Part shown: piece by piece, positions 62,380 through 64,000 of the stretch | Position numbering within the stretch: position 1 is the stretch's first letter | How the letters are laid out: each line of letters opens with the position of its first letter | Assembly (NCBI RefSeq): GCF_001194135.2 | Contig: NC_068983.1 | Span: 99,594,932 to 99,658,931 of the forward strand | Length of the DNA stretch: 64,000 bases | Direction: 5' to 3' | DNA from: Octopus bimaculoides | Lineage: Eukaryota | Translations under genes and position numbers: made by a program | Notes under the pieces: generated by a model | Told to the model about the DNA's origin: nothing | Databases searched by the model: none | The model's input: only the letters and a program-made list of their open reading frames with translations

Positions 62380-63900
62380 TCATGTGTCTGTGTGTATTAT
62401 ATGTCAAAAGCATGACTGGGAAGACAGTTAGACCATCAAGTATAGTGGTTGAGATGGTGAAAACATTTGACATAGTAGGTCACAAGCTAGTTATTCATGT
62501 AGTCAATCAGGTAATACATCGGCAATTGCTTCACGGGCAAAGGAGATCCACAAGAGAGAGAGAGAGAGTGGTAACTACAAAGACCTCACACTGATGGGCC
62601 AGATTATGAAAGTTACTGAAAGAGTGATAGCACACCTGATTCCAAACAGATTTAGTCGAGAAGAGATGCAGTTCAGCCTTGTGATGAAAAAAAGAGGAGC
62701 TACCAATGCTCTCTTCTAGAAAGATAACTGCAAGAGGAGTGTTTAATTAGGAGTAAACCACCCGACCTGATATTCGTCAGCTTGAAAACAGCATTTGATG
62801 GAGTTCTACATTCAGTTATTTGGTAGTCACAAAGGAAATTAGGAGTAGTTAGATGGCTTATGAGAGTTGTGCAAGCTATGTAGAGAGATATTCTCAGTAG
62901 AGAGAAAATTAATGACTTAATTTAGTGTGCACTTAAGTGTCTAAAAGGAATCAGTTCTCAAGTGCTTCTTGTTTATTTAGTCCTATAAACGAGGGGGCTA
63001 GATAACTGAGAGAATGACGAGTGTAGGCAACATAACCACTTTGTTCAATATAATACAGTGAATACACAAAAAATAAAGACTACCAACATATTTATTTACC
63101 AAAAAGTTATCAAAGAAGGCAACGTTAGCAATAAGATAGTTATATTAAACCCAGTGTGCAAATATCTGAATCTCACAAACTAAACCGCAAAAAGGGTTAG
63201 TGAAATTTGTGAAACTGGTGTTTAGCTTTGAAATTGCTGCATCCAACGAAGAGAATTGCTTTCAAATGTTCATTGGTCAACTTCATTCAATGTGCTGACT
63301 TCATATACTTCATTATTGAAAACGTTTGCTCAGAGACATAAGTTGTTCCAAATACTGGTGCCATACTAGAGGCAAATGAACTCTCATTGCAGGTACTTAC
63401 ACAAAAGGTACAGTGTGGCGACAGGCCGGGTGAACTGACCTCGCAGGCCAGATCCAGCCCATGGGCCATAATTTGGTAAGCCCTGCTATAAGCCATAACA
63501 GAAGAATTTATGATCAACTACTCATAGGAGTATGCTGATGACAGTTTTAAAGACTTAGAGAAGTTTTCAACACAGAGGCAAAACTTAGAATCAAGAGGCC
63601 TCAAGTAAATGAAGAAAGAAAGAAAGTTTTAATATGAAGTAAAGAAAGCAGGATACTATTGCCATCAAGAAAATAGCTCTGCTTGATATTTAGAAAAGAT
63701 GTGGGTAGGAATTCCATACAGTATGCCCAGTATAAACTATGATCAGACAAAGTATTGTGGGATCACAAGCAGGCTGAAAGAGAATGTAGTTTTGTATGCA
63801 ACAGATGCACTAGATCAGCCAATAGCAAGAGTACATGTGAAATAGATTCTTTCAAATGCCCAGAAGGCTCTCAAGAAATAGTTGATAGCTTTCTTTATTC
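62380..63900 (+). mobile_element. Decayed RTE LINE RT region
   Basis: EMQFSLV (QFGF), TAFDGV (KAFDRV), GISSQVLL (GSVLSPLL-like) and YADD at about 63535. Split by the hAT element. Confidence 0.65.
62991..63485 (-). mobile_element. Non-autonomous hAT (Charlie/SPIN-like) element nested in the RTE
   Basis: Peptide VFGTTYVSEQTFSIMKYMKS is hAT dimerisation-domain-like. Terminus CAGGGCTTACCAAA. 8-bp TSD CTATAAAC / CTATAAGC. Confidence 0.7.
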
Positions 63901-64000
63901 AGGTCACCTAATTAGCTATGGAAGTGTGTGTGTGTTAATTAGCCTAATTAGCAATGGAGGTGAAAGCAAAGTAACTAGAGTAAGAACAAAATGGAAAACA

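Noticed and set aside
50924-64000. Search for LPCAT exon 1 (expected NPF.. motif ending in a phase-0 donor)
   Set aside because: Candidate minus-strand donors near 55155 and 59337 have in-frame stops or no similarity. The first exon probably lies beyond the window.

Overview
Eukaryotic, very AT-rich, repeat-dense window with scaffold N-gaps. The repeat families, RTE tails ending in (GAT)n and tRNA-headed SINEs with an internal (TG)n, look octopod-cephalopod-like; this is recognition, not a database result. Nearly the whole window lies inside one minus-strand gene for a lysophosphatidylcholine acyltransferase (LPCAT1/2-like). Six coding exons have canonical AG/GT boundaries and compatible phases: 50781-50923, 37523-37740, 23844-24064, 9557-9730, 2097-2155 and 1366-1400. 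The first exon and the 3' exons were not found in the window. The main finding is that the exon carrying the catalytic HxxxxD motif occurs twice, 13.5 kb apart (B1 37523-37740, 218 nt; B2 23844-24064, 221 nt; about 41% amino-acid identity). Both copies are open and have identical splice phases. Including both or skipping both gives an early stop, which is the signature of mutually exclusive exons that swap the enzyme's active-site segment. The introns hold RTE and CR1-like LINE fragments, several SINE families, mariner/Tc1/pogo/piggyBac/hAT remnants, and a Penelope-like insertion with inverted arms carrying hammerhead-ribozyme cores and a tRNA-like Pol III cassette.
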